Part shown: in pieces, positions 1 to 8,777 of the stretch
Position numbering within the stretch: the first letter of the stretch is position 1
Layout: each line of letters begins with the position of its first letter
Source: Bacillota bacterium
Lineage (GTDB): Bacteria > Bacillota > Sulfobacillia > DUMF01
NCBI GenBank assembly: GCA_049718765.1
Contig: JBNARI010000004.1
Coordinates: forward strand, 19,967-83,966
Length of the DNA stretch: 64,000 bases
Reading direction: 5' to 3'
The notes under the pieces: model-generated
Databases searched by the model: none
What the model saw: the letters and a program-made list of their open reading frames with translations, nothing else
What the model was told of the DNA's origin: nothing
Made by a program: the position numbers and the translations under genes

Positions 1-2
1 GG

Positions 3-572
3 GCAGTTTTGTGCATCAACAAGTGCGATCTTTACTCAGACGGGGAAACTGATGGGTTGGCTCGGATGTACGGGGAAATGGGCTACCGCGTGCTGGTCAC
101 CAGTGCGCACACAGGCGAGGGCATTGGCGAGCTGCTGTCCCTCCTCCGGGGGCAAATAACTGTGCTGAGCGGCCGAAGCGGAGTTGGGAAATCCAGTCTG
201 CTTAACGCCATAAACCCAGAATTCAAGCTGAGGGTTGGTGAGCTTGGAAGGTGGGACGAGGGCACCCACACCACGAGGAACGTGGAGCTTCTGAGGTTGA
301 AGGAAGGTGGGTACGTTGCGGATGCCCCCGGTTTCCAAAGATTGGAACTTGCTGGTGTGAGCAGCGGGGAGCTGCCTAAACTTTTCAAGGATATTGCTGC
401 GTACGGTGGCCAGTGCCGGTTTAGGTCTTGTCTGCACTGGAAAGAGAATGACTGTGCAGTTAAGCAGGCAGTGCGCGAGGGCAAGATAAGCCAGTCACGC
501 TATGAAAACTACCTTAACATGCTTCGGGAAATACTGGAAGTAGAGGAGAGCAAACCTTGGGAAAGGCAATAA
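3..572 (+). CDS. rsgA: Ribosome small subunit-dependent GTPase A (5' end outside window)
   Basis: NKCD, GRSGVGKSSLLN, GTHTT, DAPG and C-terminal CRFRSCLHWKENDC zinc motif; precedes rpe. Confidence 0.96.
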   Translation, partial: AVLCINKCDLYSDGETDGLARMYGEMGYRVLVTSAHTGEGIGELLSLLRGQITVLSGRSGVGKSSLLNAINPEFKLRVGELGRWDEGTHTTRNVELLRLKEGGYVADAPGFQRLELAGVSSGELPKLFKDIAAYGGQCRFRSCLHWKENDCAVKQAVREGKISQSRYENYLNMLREILEVEESKPWERQ

Positions 573-1252
573 CGATTGGTGCGTCCCTATTGTCTGCAGA
601 CTTTGCGAGGTTAGCCGAAGAAATTTCCTCAGTGGAGAGGGCAGGGGTGGACCTAATCCACGTGGACGTCATGGACGGCCATTTTGTACCGAACATCACC
701 TTTGGACCAAGCGTGGTGGAAAGTCTAAGGAAGGTCACGACGTTGCCGTTGGACGTACACCTCATGACTTACCAGCCAGAAAGGTTGGTTGAGCGGTTTG
801 CCCATGCGGGCGCAGACTGGATCACGGTACATGCTGAGGCCACACCCCATTTGCACCGTGCCATTGCTCTGGTTCAAGATTGCCATGTCAAGGTTGGGGT
901 AGCCCTCAATCCAGCCACGCCCATTTGGGCAGTAGAGGACGTGATTGAGGACATTGACCTCCTACTCGTAATGAGCGTAAACCCAGGTTTTGGCGGTCAA
1001 AAGTTCATTCCTCACACGTTAGAGAAGCTTCGCAGGCTGAGCCAGCTGTTGAAGGCCCATCCAGGCGTGGCAGAGTCGCTCCAAATTGAGGTGGACGGTG
1101 GCGTCAACTCATGCAACGCCAGAGAGCTGTGCAGTGCTGGAGCTTCGGTGCTTGTAGCAGGGTCGTCCATATTCCTCAGGGAGGACAGAGCTAAGGCAGT
1201 TCAAGAGATCAGGGAAGCAGCCCTGGCAGGGCGTGCACTGATGGTTGAATGA
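557..1252 (+). CDS. rpe: Ribulose-phosphate 3-epimerase
   Basis: SLLSADF, HVDVMDGHFVPNITFG, MSVNPGFGGQ, VDGG motifs. Confidence 0.97.
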   Translation: MGKAITIGASLLSADFARLAEEISSVERAGVDLIHVDVMDGHFVPNITFGPSVVESLRKVTTLPLDVHLMTYQPERLVERFAHAGADWITVHAEATPHLHRAIALVQDCHVKVGVALNPATPIWAVEDVIEDIDLLLVMSVNPGFGGQKFIPHTLEKLRRLSQLLKAHPGVAESLQIEVDGGVNSCNARELCSAGASVLVAGSSIFLREDRAKAVQEIREAALAGRALMVE

Positions 1253-1259
1253 GATGTGT

Positions 1260-1281
1260 GGGGACGGTGTTAGCCGTCCCC
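1260..1281. terminator. Hairpin between convergent rpe and M29-like gene
   Basis: GGGGACGG-tgttag-CCGTCCCC inverted repeat; no canonical U-tract. Confidence 0.55.
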
Positions 1282-1305
1282 AAAAACGTCAAAGGAAACT
1301 CCAGC

Positions 1306-2370
1306 TCAGTAGCCAGGGGCGCCCAGCTCCTTGCACAAAGCCACCACTTCTGGGTGGACGTAAATGCCGTCTTTCTCCAGGAGTGTGTCATCCAAGTAGA
1401 TCGTTGGGTTGAGCACTATCCCGTCAGTGTGAGATGCGGCTTTCCAACAACGGCCCCCTATGTTTGCCCCTTGGCTGCCAATTCCCATTTCGATGCACCC
1501 GAATACCCGTTCGTCCTCCACTATTCGGCCAGTGATGCGAGTCACTCCCGGGTTGAAGCCCAGAGAGAAGTGCGCCAGCAGGAACATGTTGGGGTCGCCA
1601 AAGCTCTCGAGCCATCTCTTGAAGGTGGCTGCTTCTGAACCCCCGGAAATTCGGGTGATGCGGCCCTGGTCTATCTCAAGCACGACGGGTTCCTTCAGGG
1701 CCCCCAGTTCCATTGGAGGCCAGAGCGCACCGTCAAACACCAGGCGACCCGTTATGGTTTCCTCAATGGGGCACCACGACACCTGGCCTCCAAGCATGAT
1801 TGCTTCACCCTTAGTGTCTGCGAGCTTGCCTGACTGGCGCACTTTCCTTCCTTTCTGGTAGCCCCGAAGGTCAGTTCCAGCGGGACTTGTGACCCGAACA
1901 ATGCTGGCTGCCTCGATTAACCTCTTGAGTAAGGCTCCAAGCTCGAGCATCTTGGGGTAGTTCACCTTTGCTATGGTCCTGACCATCATGTCTGCATCCA
2001 TACCGGTTAGGCAAATGTATCTGCAGCCGTTTGCTAGGGCCTTTCTGAACGCTTCGGTGTGGAGAACATAGGCCACTGCAAACTCGATCCAGACGTCCGC
2101 TGCTGCAACTGCTGCACCCACTGGCCTTGGGGGTTCCATCACGGCGGTTGGTCTGGTTTCGTACAACAGCACCGTGGGTACTGCGCCCGCAGCGTAAACC
2201 GCTTCCGCCGTGGCTTGGACAACCCTCCAGTCGCTGGCCGTGTCTGCAGTGATGGCCACATGTTCGCCTGGCTTGACCAACATCACCTGTTCTACCAGCT
2301 TCCTAGCGCCTGCTGCCACTTCAAAGCGCAGGTACTCACTTCTTGGCTCTGTGCCTAATGAGAGTATCAA
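1306..2370 (-). CDS. M29/aminopeptidase T-fold metalloenzyme with NicX-like metal site
   Basis: VKPGEHVAITAD, VTSPAGTDL, GRLVFDG, LAHFSLGFNP, VEDERVFG, SHTDG; several dinuclear ligands substituted. Confidence 0.75.
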   Translation of the reverse strand: MILSLGTEPRSEYLRFEVAAGARKLVEQVMLVKPGEHVAITADTASDWRVVQATAEAVYAAGAVPTVLLYETRPTAVMEPPRPVGAAVAAADVWIEFAVAYVLHTEAFRKALANGCRYICLTGMDADMMVRTIAKVNYPKMLELGALLKRLIEAASIVRVTSPAGTDLRGYQKGRKVRQSGKLADTKGEAIMLGGQVSWCPIEETITGRLVFDGALWPPMELGALKEPVVLEIDQGRITRISGGSEAATFKRWLESFGDPNMFLLAHFSLGFNPGVTRITGRIVEDERVFGCIEMGIGSQGANIGGRCWKAASHTDGIVLNPTIYLDDTLLEKDGIYVHPEVVALCKELGAPGY

Positions 2371-2397
2371 GGTTTGGTCCTCCTCTCTTTCTGTGGT

Positions 2398-3462
2398 TTA
2401 CACCAGGAGTTTCCCGTCCTTCATCACTACCCTCTGTCCGTCCAGCACCAGAGTTGCTCTGGGTATAACGAAGTCCTGATGGAAGTCAGCTACGTTCACC
2501 CCGCCCATGTGGGAGTTGTCCCCAATTCCAACATGCACTGTTCCCCTTATTTTCTCTGCCTCAAGCACTATGTCCGTGCGCTTGGCGTTGGGATTCGTTC
2601 CAACTCCCAGTTCACCCACTACCCTACGGGCGATAACTGTGTGAGTTGGGCTTTGTTGGGATAGCCCGAAGGTAGCAGCAAGCTCTTCGCCCACGGCACC
2701 ACCGCCAGACACATCCACTACGCGCCCTGCACTGATCCTCAGAACCATGGTTTGCTCCAGCCTTGGGTACCATCCTGGCAGAACCACGATTTGGCCTTCG
2801 GCGACCCCTTCCACGGGCGCTATGTAGGCTTCCCCTGCCGGGAGGTTTCCTGCTCTGCCAGGTGCTGCGTAAATGCCGTCATCAGCAAGACCAATCCTAC
2901 CTTTGAGGGACATGATTAGCTTTGTGCCCTCAGGGGATGTCACTTCAGCTGTGTCCGCCTCGGACAGCAACTGGGCAATTCCCTTGGTGTCCTGGGCCAC
3001 CTTATGATAGTCAACCGCCATAGGTCCGCTGCGGAAAAACATTTCGGGCATGAACCTAGGCATGCTAGCAATTCGGGCGCCGCGCTTGCAGGCGTTGCCC
3101 CGAGCCTCTGTATGGGTCAAGGAAAACGAGGTTATAGCTATAACCACGTTGGCAGCGGCCATGGCCTGGGCAACGTAGTCGGGAGGTTCAGTTCCTGACC
3201 TTCCCGTGGCAGGGAATGCAAGAAAGTCCACACTGCATTGGGGGAAAGCCTGGGATCCAATGAGCGATACTGCCTTGCCAAGGAGGCAGCGCTGTACCAT
3301 GTCCTCAAGCTCTGCCATGGTCTTGGACTTCCAATGGCTTTCCGTGGGGAAATCGGATACCACAAGCACTGATTCGCCTGGCTGCAAGCCCATATTTGTT
3401 TGGAACATGCTTATGGTCCCATCTCTAATGTCGTCCAACGTGAACACGTTGACCACCTCCAA
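2398..3462 (-). CDS. M29 (aminopeptidase T/AmpS-like) metallopeptidase
   Basis: GNLPAGEAYIAP, GELGVGTNP, EAEKIRGTVHVGIGDN, HQD: all six metal-ligand positions retained. Confidence 0.8.
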   Translation of the reverse strand: MEVVNVFTLDDIRDGTISMFQTNMGLQPGESVLVVSDFPTESHWKSKTMAELEDMVQRCLLGKAVSLIGSQAFPQCSVDFLAFPATGRSGTEPPDYVAQAMAAANVVIAITSFSLTHTEARGNACKRGARIASMPRFMPEMFFRSGPMAVDYHKVAQDTKGIAQLLSEADTAEVTSPEGTKLIMSLKGRIGLADDGIYAAPGRAGNLPAGEAYIAPVEGVAEGQIVVLPGWYPRLEQTMVLRISAGRVVDVSGGGAVGEELAATFGLSQQSPTHTVIARRVVGELGVGTNPNAKRTDIVLEAEKIRGTVHVGIGDNSHMGGVNVADFHQDFVIPRATLVLDGQRVVMKDGKLLV

Positions 3463-3525
3463 GGGAGTGAATTGGGAGCCCTGCAGGGCTCCCCCGGAAA
3501 GCGCTCGATTCCTGGTTGCAACAAG

Positions 3526-5109
3526 TTACATCGAGAAGGTCTTTATCAACGCGTCTATGAAACTGTATACTCCGTCTCCGGCAATCAGTCCAGATTCTCT
3601 GATTTCCATGAACTGCTCGGACTTCTTTCCCAGCAAGATGCGCACGATCACCGCGAGAGTTGTGCAAATTCCGTAGATTGGGTTGTTGATCAAAAGGCCT
3701 GTGGCCAGCAGTATACCCACTGCCCTATCCCCGCCAAGTGCCTGGATGACCGCGCCTGGCACAGCCCACATGATCATTTGCTGCCAGATGCTTGGCTGGA
3801 AGGCTGCCTTTATCGTGGCTGCGTAGACCTTAGTGATGGGCGGGAACAAGTTGAGCTTGAAGAACATGTTCATGGTGAAGAAAACAACCACAAACCCAAT
3901 GACCGCTCCGATGGCCTCAGCGTACAGCTGTTGCATCCTGCCCTCGCGTTCAAGCGCAGGGTTCTTGCCATTCCCACGCAGCAGCCAACCTGTGTGGAGG
4001 TCGTACCCCATGTCAGCCAGGAGAGGCCCTGTGCTAGCAGTATAGCCGACCAAGAAGGCAAGGGGAACTGCAGGGAAGCCCATGGCGATGCCGCCTAGCA
4101 TGTAAATCACTGTGATTGCAAAAGCGGGGAACCACCCAGACTGCATGGCGCAGAGGCCGACGAGGATGGTTGACGTGAGCGCTGCAAAGCCGCAGTACAG
4201 TAACCATGCCAATAGCTGGCCGAAGCTCATTTGCGCCCAAAGGCCACCTACCAGTGCCATCACGAGCGCACCAGCCGTGAACAGAACGAATTGAAGCGGG
4301 AACTCCTTCTCCACGCTTTGGCCCAAAACCACTGGCTCATATTCGTGCTGTTTTTGGAGCGCGGAAGCGTGAACCCCACGGGTCTTGTACAACACTATGG
4401 CTGCCTGGAACAGCTGCACAACGCCTGCGCCAAGCATCACCCCTTGGGGAATGTAGGTCTTGCCGAGGTCCACTCCGAACAACTGCACAGAATAGCCGCG
4501 AATGAGCAACCCGACGCCCAGAGCTATCATTGCCCAAATGTTAGCAATGTAGACAATGCCTATTGCGGACATGGGCAGCTTGAAGTACGTTCCGATGAGT
4601 CCTACGATGAAACCCTGCAGCAGCCTGCGAGCCTTCTCGCCACCCTCGTCTCCTGCTTGGATCACTCTTGCGGTCGCCACCCCTGGTGGCCATGCGCCGC
4701 ACGCTGGAAACACGGGCGTGTCGTACAGCCGATACACCAGCACGATATCAAGTACCGCTGCGAACATCGAGCCTATGAGCATGGGAACGACCAGCTGAGT
4801 TTGACCCAGCAAGTAAATGAGGCATACTGCGATGAGTGCATCGTTGGCAGCTCCGAAGGATGCGGCGGAAATGGCGGTTTGCACCAGGTTCTGCCTGTGG
4901 ATTGACCTCATGCTCCACAATCCCGCTCGGCCGATGGCCATTGCTATTACTGCGCCTATGACTGAGGTATTAGAGCTGATGCCTATGCGCGCCAGGATTT
5001 GGGTGGTGACAATGGCACCAAACACCGAGCACGCAATTACAAGGACCAGTGTCCCCGGCTCAAACACGCTCGGGTGAAGCGTTGATCGCGCTTGGTTTTT
5101 TTCTTCCAC
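3526..5109 (-). CDS. OPT/YSL-family oligopeptide or chelate transporter
   Basis: 527-aa polytopic protein; HRQNLVQTAISA, WPPGVATA, DMGYDLHTGW and GLIAGD motifs; SD AAGGAGG upstream. Confidence 0.8.
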   Translation of the reverse strand: MEEKNQARSTLHPSVFEPGTLVLVIACSVFGAIVTTQILARIGISSNTSVIGAVIAMAIGRAGLWSMRSIHRQNLVQTAISAASFGAANDALIAVCLIYLLGQTQLVVPMLIGSMFAAVLDIVLVYRLYDTPVFPACGAWPPGVATARVIQAGDEGGEKARRLLQGFIVGLIGTYFKLPMSAIGIVYIANIWAMIALGVGLLIRGYSVQLFGVDLGKTYIPQGVMLGAGVVQLFQAAIVLYKTRGVHASALQKQHEYEPVVLGQSVEKEFPLQFVLFTAGALVMALVGGLWAQMSFGQLLAWLLYCGFAALTSTILVGLCAMQSGWFPAFAITVIYMLGGIAMGFPAVPLAFLVGYTASTGPLLADMGYDLHTGWLLRGNGKNPALEREGRMQQLYAEAIGAVIGFVVVFFTMNMFFKLNLFPPITKVYAATIKAAFQPSIWQQMIMWAVPGAVIQALGGDRAVGILLATGLLINNPIYGICTTLAVIVRILLGKKSEQFMEIRESGLIAGDGVYSFIDALIKTFSM

Positions 5110-5354
5110 TGACTCAACCCTCCTTGTTCCATTGGTTTAGGGTCAAATTCGCCGCTGCGGCCTTGCATACCTGTAGTCCTATTAAACAAAAGAAGGACGT
5201 GGGTTTTGAGCAACGGGCACAAAACGAGGTGGGTAAGTGGCATCTTTGGCTTGCTGCCTTTCTGCCGCACATGGGGCACTGTAGGCATGAAGTCACAGAA
5301 CGGCGAGGAAGGATGTGCCTTGTGAAGGTTCGCGACCGTAAAGCAACTACCGGC

Positions 5355-5383
5355 TTGCCCTACAGGATGCGCTGTGGTAACAT
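5355..5383 (+). promoter_or_regulatory. Putative sigma-A promoter of rpmB
   Basis: TTGCCC-17 nt-TAACAT with extended -10 TG. Confidence 0.5.
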
Positions 5384-5406
5384 CTTTGGCGTTGGGGGTG
5401 GAGCGA

Positions 5407-5598
5407 TTGGCCAGGCGTTGTGAGATTTGTAATAAGACGGCCTCTGTTGGGCACCAGGTAAGCCATTCCAACAGGAAGACCAAGAGGCTGTGGTCGCCTA
5501 ACATTCAGAGGGTAAGGGCAGTGGTGGACGGTCGCACCAGGAGAATCAATGTATGTACCAGCTGCCTGAAGGCGGGTAAGGTGCAACGAGCATCTTAA
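5407..5598 (+). CDS. rpmB: 50S ribosomal protein L28 (zinc-binding type)
   Basis: MARRCEICNK...GHQVSHSNRKTKRLWSPNIQ...VCTSCLKAGKV; TTG start after G-rich SD. Confidence 0.97.
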   Translation: MARRCEICNKTASVGHQVSHSNRKTKRLWSPNIQRVRAVVDGRTRRINVCTSCLKAGKVQRAS

Positions 5599-5620
5599 TC
5601 CGGGCCAGATGGATCGGGAA

Positions 5621-5662
5621 GACAGAGCCCTGCCGTACACTGTGGGGTTGCAGGGCTCTGTC
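5621..5662. terminator. Bidirectional terminator hairpin between rpmB and spoVM
   Basis: GACAGAGCCCTGC...GCAGGGCTCTGTC perfect 13-bp stem between convergent genes. Confidence 0.7.
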
Positions 5663-5674
5663 CGTTGTTTGGGG

Positions 5675-5746
5675 TTACCCCCTGGACGTAATCCAAAAGA
5701 GCAACTTGGCTATGGCTCTCGGCAGCCTTATGAGTATGACCCGCAC
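5675..5746 (-). CDS. spoVM: Stage V sporulation protein M-like peptide (23 aa, absent from ORF track)
   Basis: Hand translation MRVILIRLPRAIAKLLFWITSRG*; Pro9 and IxLP[KR] as in SpoVM; SD AAGGGGAG upstream; convergent with rpmB. Confidence 0.8.
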   Translation of the reverse strand: MRVILIRLPRAIAKLLFWITSRG

Positions 5747-5831
5747 GGCTTGAGACTCCCCTTCTTAGTAACTGCTTTCTACGCGAACATTGTATTCACC
5801 AAGAGGGGCTAGTGTCCGCAAACCTGGCGGT

Positions 5832-6422
5832 TCATGTTTGCACCCTGGCTTCTTCGGGTTGCTTTACGTGACCATCGGGCACAGGCTTCAGTCCCAGCAA
5901 CACGCAAGTCTTCTTGTACAGGAGGAAGGTCAGCCCAGAGGAGATTGCGCCCTTGAGCAGGTTAAAGGGAAGTACGGCAGAAACCAGCAACTTGGTCCCC
6001 TGATCTGCAGGCACTCCCCACAGGGGTAGGAACACAAACTTGTTGGCGAGCAACATAACTGCGGTCATCGCAACTGACCCTACTGCAAGGGAGGCGACGG
6101 CGCCAGCGCGCGTGTGAAAGCGCTTGTAAATAAGGCTCGAGGTGAAGGTGAGCACGCTACCGGCAAGGAACATTGCAGAAAGCCCAACAATTCCAGTAGC
6201 GTTCTTGCCAGTCAACTGAAACACCACAGCACGCAAGCCCTGGATCGCAACTCCGGCCAGTGGTCCCATGGCGAAGCCTCCAATGAGCGCTGGTATGTCG
6301 CCTGGGTCCCATTTGAGGAAAGGCGCGCTCATCAATATGGGCGTCTCGTGGAGGGTCAATAAGCCAGCCATTGCTCCAAGGAAACCCACCCGTACCACGT
6401 TCTTCAGCGAACCCGTGAACAT
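5832..6422 (-). CDS. ribU: ECF transporter S component, riboflavin (RibU)
   Basis: PFLKWDPGDIPALIGGFAMGP and VLPFNLLKG motifs; downstream of FMN riboswitch; SD AAGGAGG. Confidence 0.9.
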   Translation of the reverse strand: MFTGSLKNVVRVGFLGAMAGLLTLHETPILMSAPFLKWDPGDIPALIGGFAMGPLAGVAIQGLRAVVFQLTGKNATGIVGLSAMFLAGSVLTFTSSLIYKRFHTRAGAVASLAVGSVAMTAVMLLANKFVFLPLWGVPADQGTKLLVSAVLPFNLLKGAISSGLTFLLYKKTCVLLGLKPVPDGHVKQPEEARVQT

Positions 6423-6516
6423 TTGTACACGTAGACCTCCTTTGCTGCGCTGAAGCCAGGTCCAGACGTAGATGCCCGGGGAAGCCCCCGGGCAGCGAAC
6501 AAGGCAAAACAAAATC

Positions 6517-6668
6517 TGCCTTCTCCCGTCCAGACTATACTGTCGGCTCTGGAATCTCACCAGATCTACCGCCCCAAGGCGGCTCGCGGGCTAGCTCTGC
6601 TAGAGCATTACCGCCGGTCAGGAATGAAGGAAACCGAAGCTTCCTCTTCACCTTGCCCCGAAGGCTTC
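6517..6668 (-). ncRNA. FMN riboswitch (RFN element)
   Basis: Minus strand CTTCGGGGCAAGGTGAA...TTCCTGACCGGCGGT...AGCCCGCGAGC...GATCTGGTGAGATTCCAGAGCCGACAGTATAGTCTGGACGGGAGAAG; possible SD-sequestering hairpin at ~6430-6470. Confidence 0.96.
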
Positions 6669-6787
6669 AGTTCTGCTTTTATTGATATCTTTGTAGGATA
6701 ATGTATCATTGAGTTCGGAAAAGATCAAGCAGGGAACTTGTTGCGGTTTTGAGGTATGATGGATGGGAAAGCTGAGGCTGATCCCGT

Positions 6788-7135
6788 TTGAGCAGGGAGA
6801 TTAAGACAGAACTTGGAATATTGCGCTTGTCAGACGAAGCGATTGCTACAATTGCAGGGGCTGCTGCAACGGAGTGCTACGGGATAGTGGGCATGTCATC
6901 TAGGCGCGTGACCGACGGGCTGGCGGAACTGTTGGGGAGGGAGAACCTCTCCAAGGGAGTGGAAGTGTCGGTCTCGGGGGACAAGGTCTACGTCACCTTG
7001 AACGTGATCGTGGCTTCAGGAGTAAGGATAAACGAAGTTGCAAGGAACGTCATCGAGAAGGTGAAGTACACTTTGGAGAAAGCCACAGGGCTGAAAGTGG
7101 CGAAGGTGAGAGTGAATGTGCAAGGCATCCGGTAA
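6788..7135 (+). CDS. Asp23/Gls24-family protein (YloU-like)
   Basis: IATIAGAAATECYGIVGM, ELLGRENLSKGVEV, VNVQGI; precedes fakA. Confidence 0.92.
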   Translation: MSREIKTELGILRLSDEAIATIAGAAATECYGIVGMSSRRVTDGLAELLGRENLSKGVEVSVSGDKVYVTLNVIVASGVRINEVARNVIEKVKYTLEKATGLKVAKVRVNVQGIR

Positions 7136-7175
7136 CACTGCAGCGCACGAAGGCAGCCCCTCTGCCGGGGAGCTG

Positions 7176-8771
7176 ATGGCACTGGACGGCACTACCATCA
7201 AGCAGCTCATGGAGCGGGCTGCTGCTCTCATGGGACAGCACGTGGATGAAGTGAATGCCCTCAACGTCTTCCCGGTGCCGGACGGGGATACTGGCACCAA
7301 CATGGCCTTGACCATAAAGTCGGCAGCTCAAGAAGCTGCCAGGGTTGAAAGCCACGCTGCTGGGGAGGTGCTCGAGGGAGCCGCTTTGGGCGCCCTGATG
7401 GGTGCCAGGGGAAACTCGGGGGTCATACTTTCCCAGGTGTTTAGGGGAATTGCCCAATCCGCAAAAGGCAAAAGCACCTTGACTCCCACCGAGTTTGCAG
7501 AAGCGCTGAAGCAAGGGGTTGCCACTGCCTATAAGGCAGTGATGAAACCGGTGGAGGGCACCATCCTGACGGTGGCCCGAGAGTCAATTGCCGCAGCAGA
7601 AGCAGCTGCTGCGAGCGGGAAAAACCTTGCTGGGATGCTCCAGGCAGCCCTTGAGGCAGGGCGTGTTTCCCTCGAGATGACCCCAAGGTTGTTACCCGTG
7701 CTGAGGGAAGCAGGCGTGGTAGATGCTGGTGGCAGGGGCTTCTTGATACTACTTGAGGGATGGTATACTGCACTCACTGGGGAGGCACTGGCTCAGCAGG
7801 GCAGCGAGCAACTGCGCGTCGCTCCCAAAGTGACGGCTGGGGAGGCCCCTGAAGGTGCTTCAGACCTTCGCTACTTGTACGATACCCAGTTCCTGGTGAG
7901 AGGCAAGGGACTGGAGGCTGAGAAGCTTCGAGCCGAGCTTGAAGAGCTTGGTGACTGTCTCTTGGTGGTGGGCTCAGACAGCGTGCTGAGGGTACATATC
8001 CATAGTGACCACCCGGGCCTGGTGTTGGAGAAGGCTTTACGTTTCGGAGAGCTGACGGACCTGGACATCCAGAACATGAGGCTTCAGTGCGAAGCCAAAG
8101 CCGAGTCCCACGTGAAGGAGATTGGCGTTGTTGCGGTGGCATCTGGCCGTGGGCTGGTAGAAGTGCTCAAAAGCCTAGGCACTGACCTCGTGCTTGATGG
8201 CGGGAAGACCATGAATCCCAGCACTCAGGAAGTGCTGGACGCAGTGAATTCGGTCAACGCCAAGAAGGTCATTTTCCTCCCCAACAACAGGAATACTTTC
8301 CTTGCTGCGAAGCAGGCCAAGAGGATGGCAAGAAAGCGCATGTACGTGGTCCCCTCTAAGAACATACCCGAAGGGGTCTGCGCGCTCCTCGCAATGAGGC
8401 CTGAGCTTGGTGTGGAAGCCAACTTGAAGCTAATGGGAAAGGCGATACGCAGGTGCATGTCGGGCGAAGTCACTTACGCAGTGCGAGAGACCGGGTTGAA
8501 CGGCCTCAAAGTCAAGAGCGGTGATGTAATTGGAATCATTAACGGAGAATTAGTAGCAGCAGGGGGGTCTCCTGAAGAGGTACTTAACCGGCTGGTGAAA
8601 GCCGCGCTGAGACCCGAGTATGAAGTGCTGACGGTATTTGTCGGGGAACTGGTGCCGCCTGGAAAAGAGCAAGACCTAGCTCAAAAGTTGAGCTCGGCCT
8701 TCCCAGGGATTGAGGTGGAAGTGCACAGGGGAGATCAGCCCCTGCACTACTACCTTTTCTTTATGGAGTGA
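7176..8771 (+). CDS. fakA: Fatty acid kinase catalytic subunit (DAK2 domain)
   Basis: NALNVFPVPDGDTGTNM, GARGNSGVILSQ, KPVEGTILTV, VVDAGG, GGKTMNPST; ATG after GGGGAG. Confidence 0.93.
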   Translation: MALDGTTIKQLMERAAALMGQHVDEVNALNVFPVPDGDTGTNMALTIKSAAQEAARVESHAAGEVLEGAALGALMGARGNSGVILSQVFRGIAQSAKGKSTLTPTEFAEALKQGVATAYKAVMKPVEGTILTVARESIAAAEAAAASGKNLAGMLQAALEAGRVSLEMTPRLLPVLREAGVVDAGGRGFLILLEGWYTALTGEALAQQGSEQLRVAPKVTAGEAPEGASDLRYLYDTQFLVRGKGLEAEKLRAELEELGDCLLVVGSDSVLRVHIHSDHPGLVLEKALRFGELTDLDIQNMRLQCEAKAESHVKEIGVVAVASGRGLVEVLKSLGTDLVLDGGKTMNPSTQEVLDAVNSVNAKKVIFLPNNRNTFLAAKQAKRMARKRMYVVPSKNIPEGVCALLAMRPELGVEANLKLMGKAIRRCMSGEVTYAVRETGLNGLKVKSGDVIGIINGELVAAGGSPEEVLNRLVKAALRPEYEVLTVFVGELVPPGKEQDLAQKLSSAFPGIEVEVHRGDQPLHYYLFFME

Positions 8772-8777
8772 GCAATA

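Noticed and set aside
5114-5296. Cys-rich 60-aa ORF upstream of the OPT gene (CPMC...CARC), possible zinc ribbon or RiPP precursor
   Set aside because: No SD before either possible start, and it lies in a divergent promoter region; probably chance, though not excluded
6423-6560. N-terminal extension of ribU in the ORF track; similar extensions for SASP (10645), fakA (7116) and gpr (12291)
   Set aside because: They overlap riboswitch, promoter or upstream gene; downstream starts have proper SD sequences
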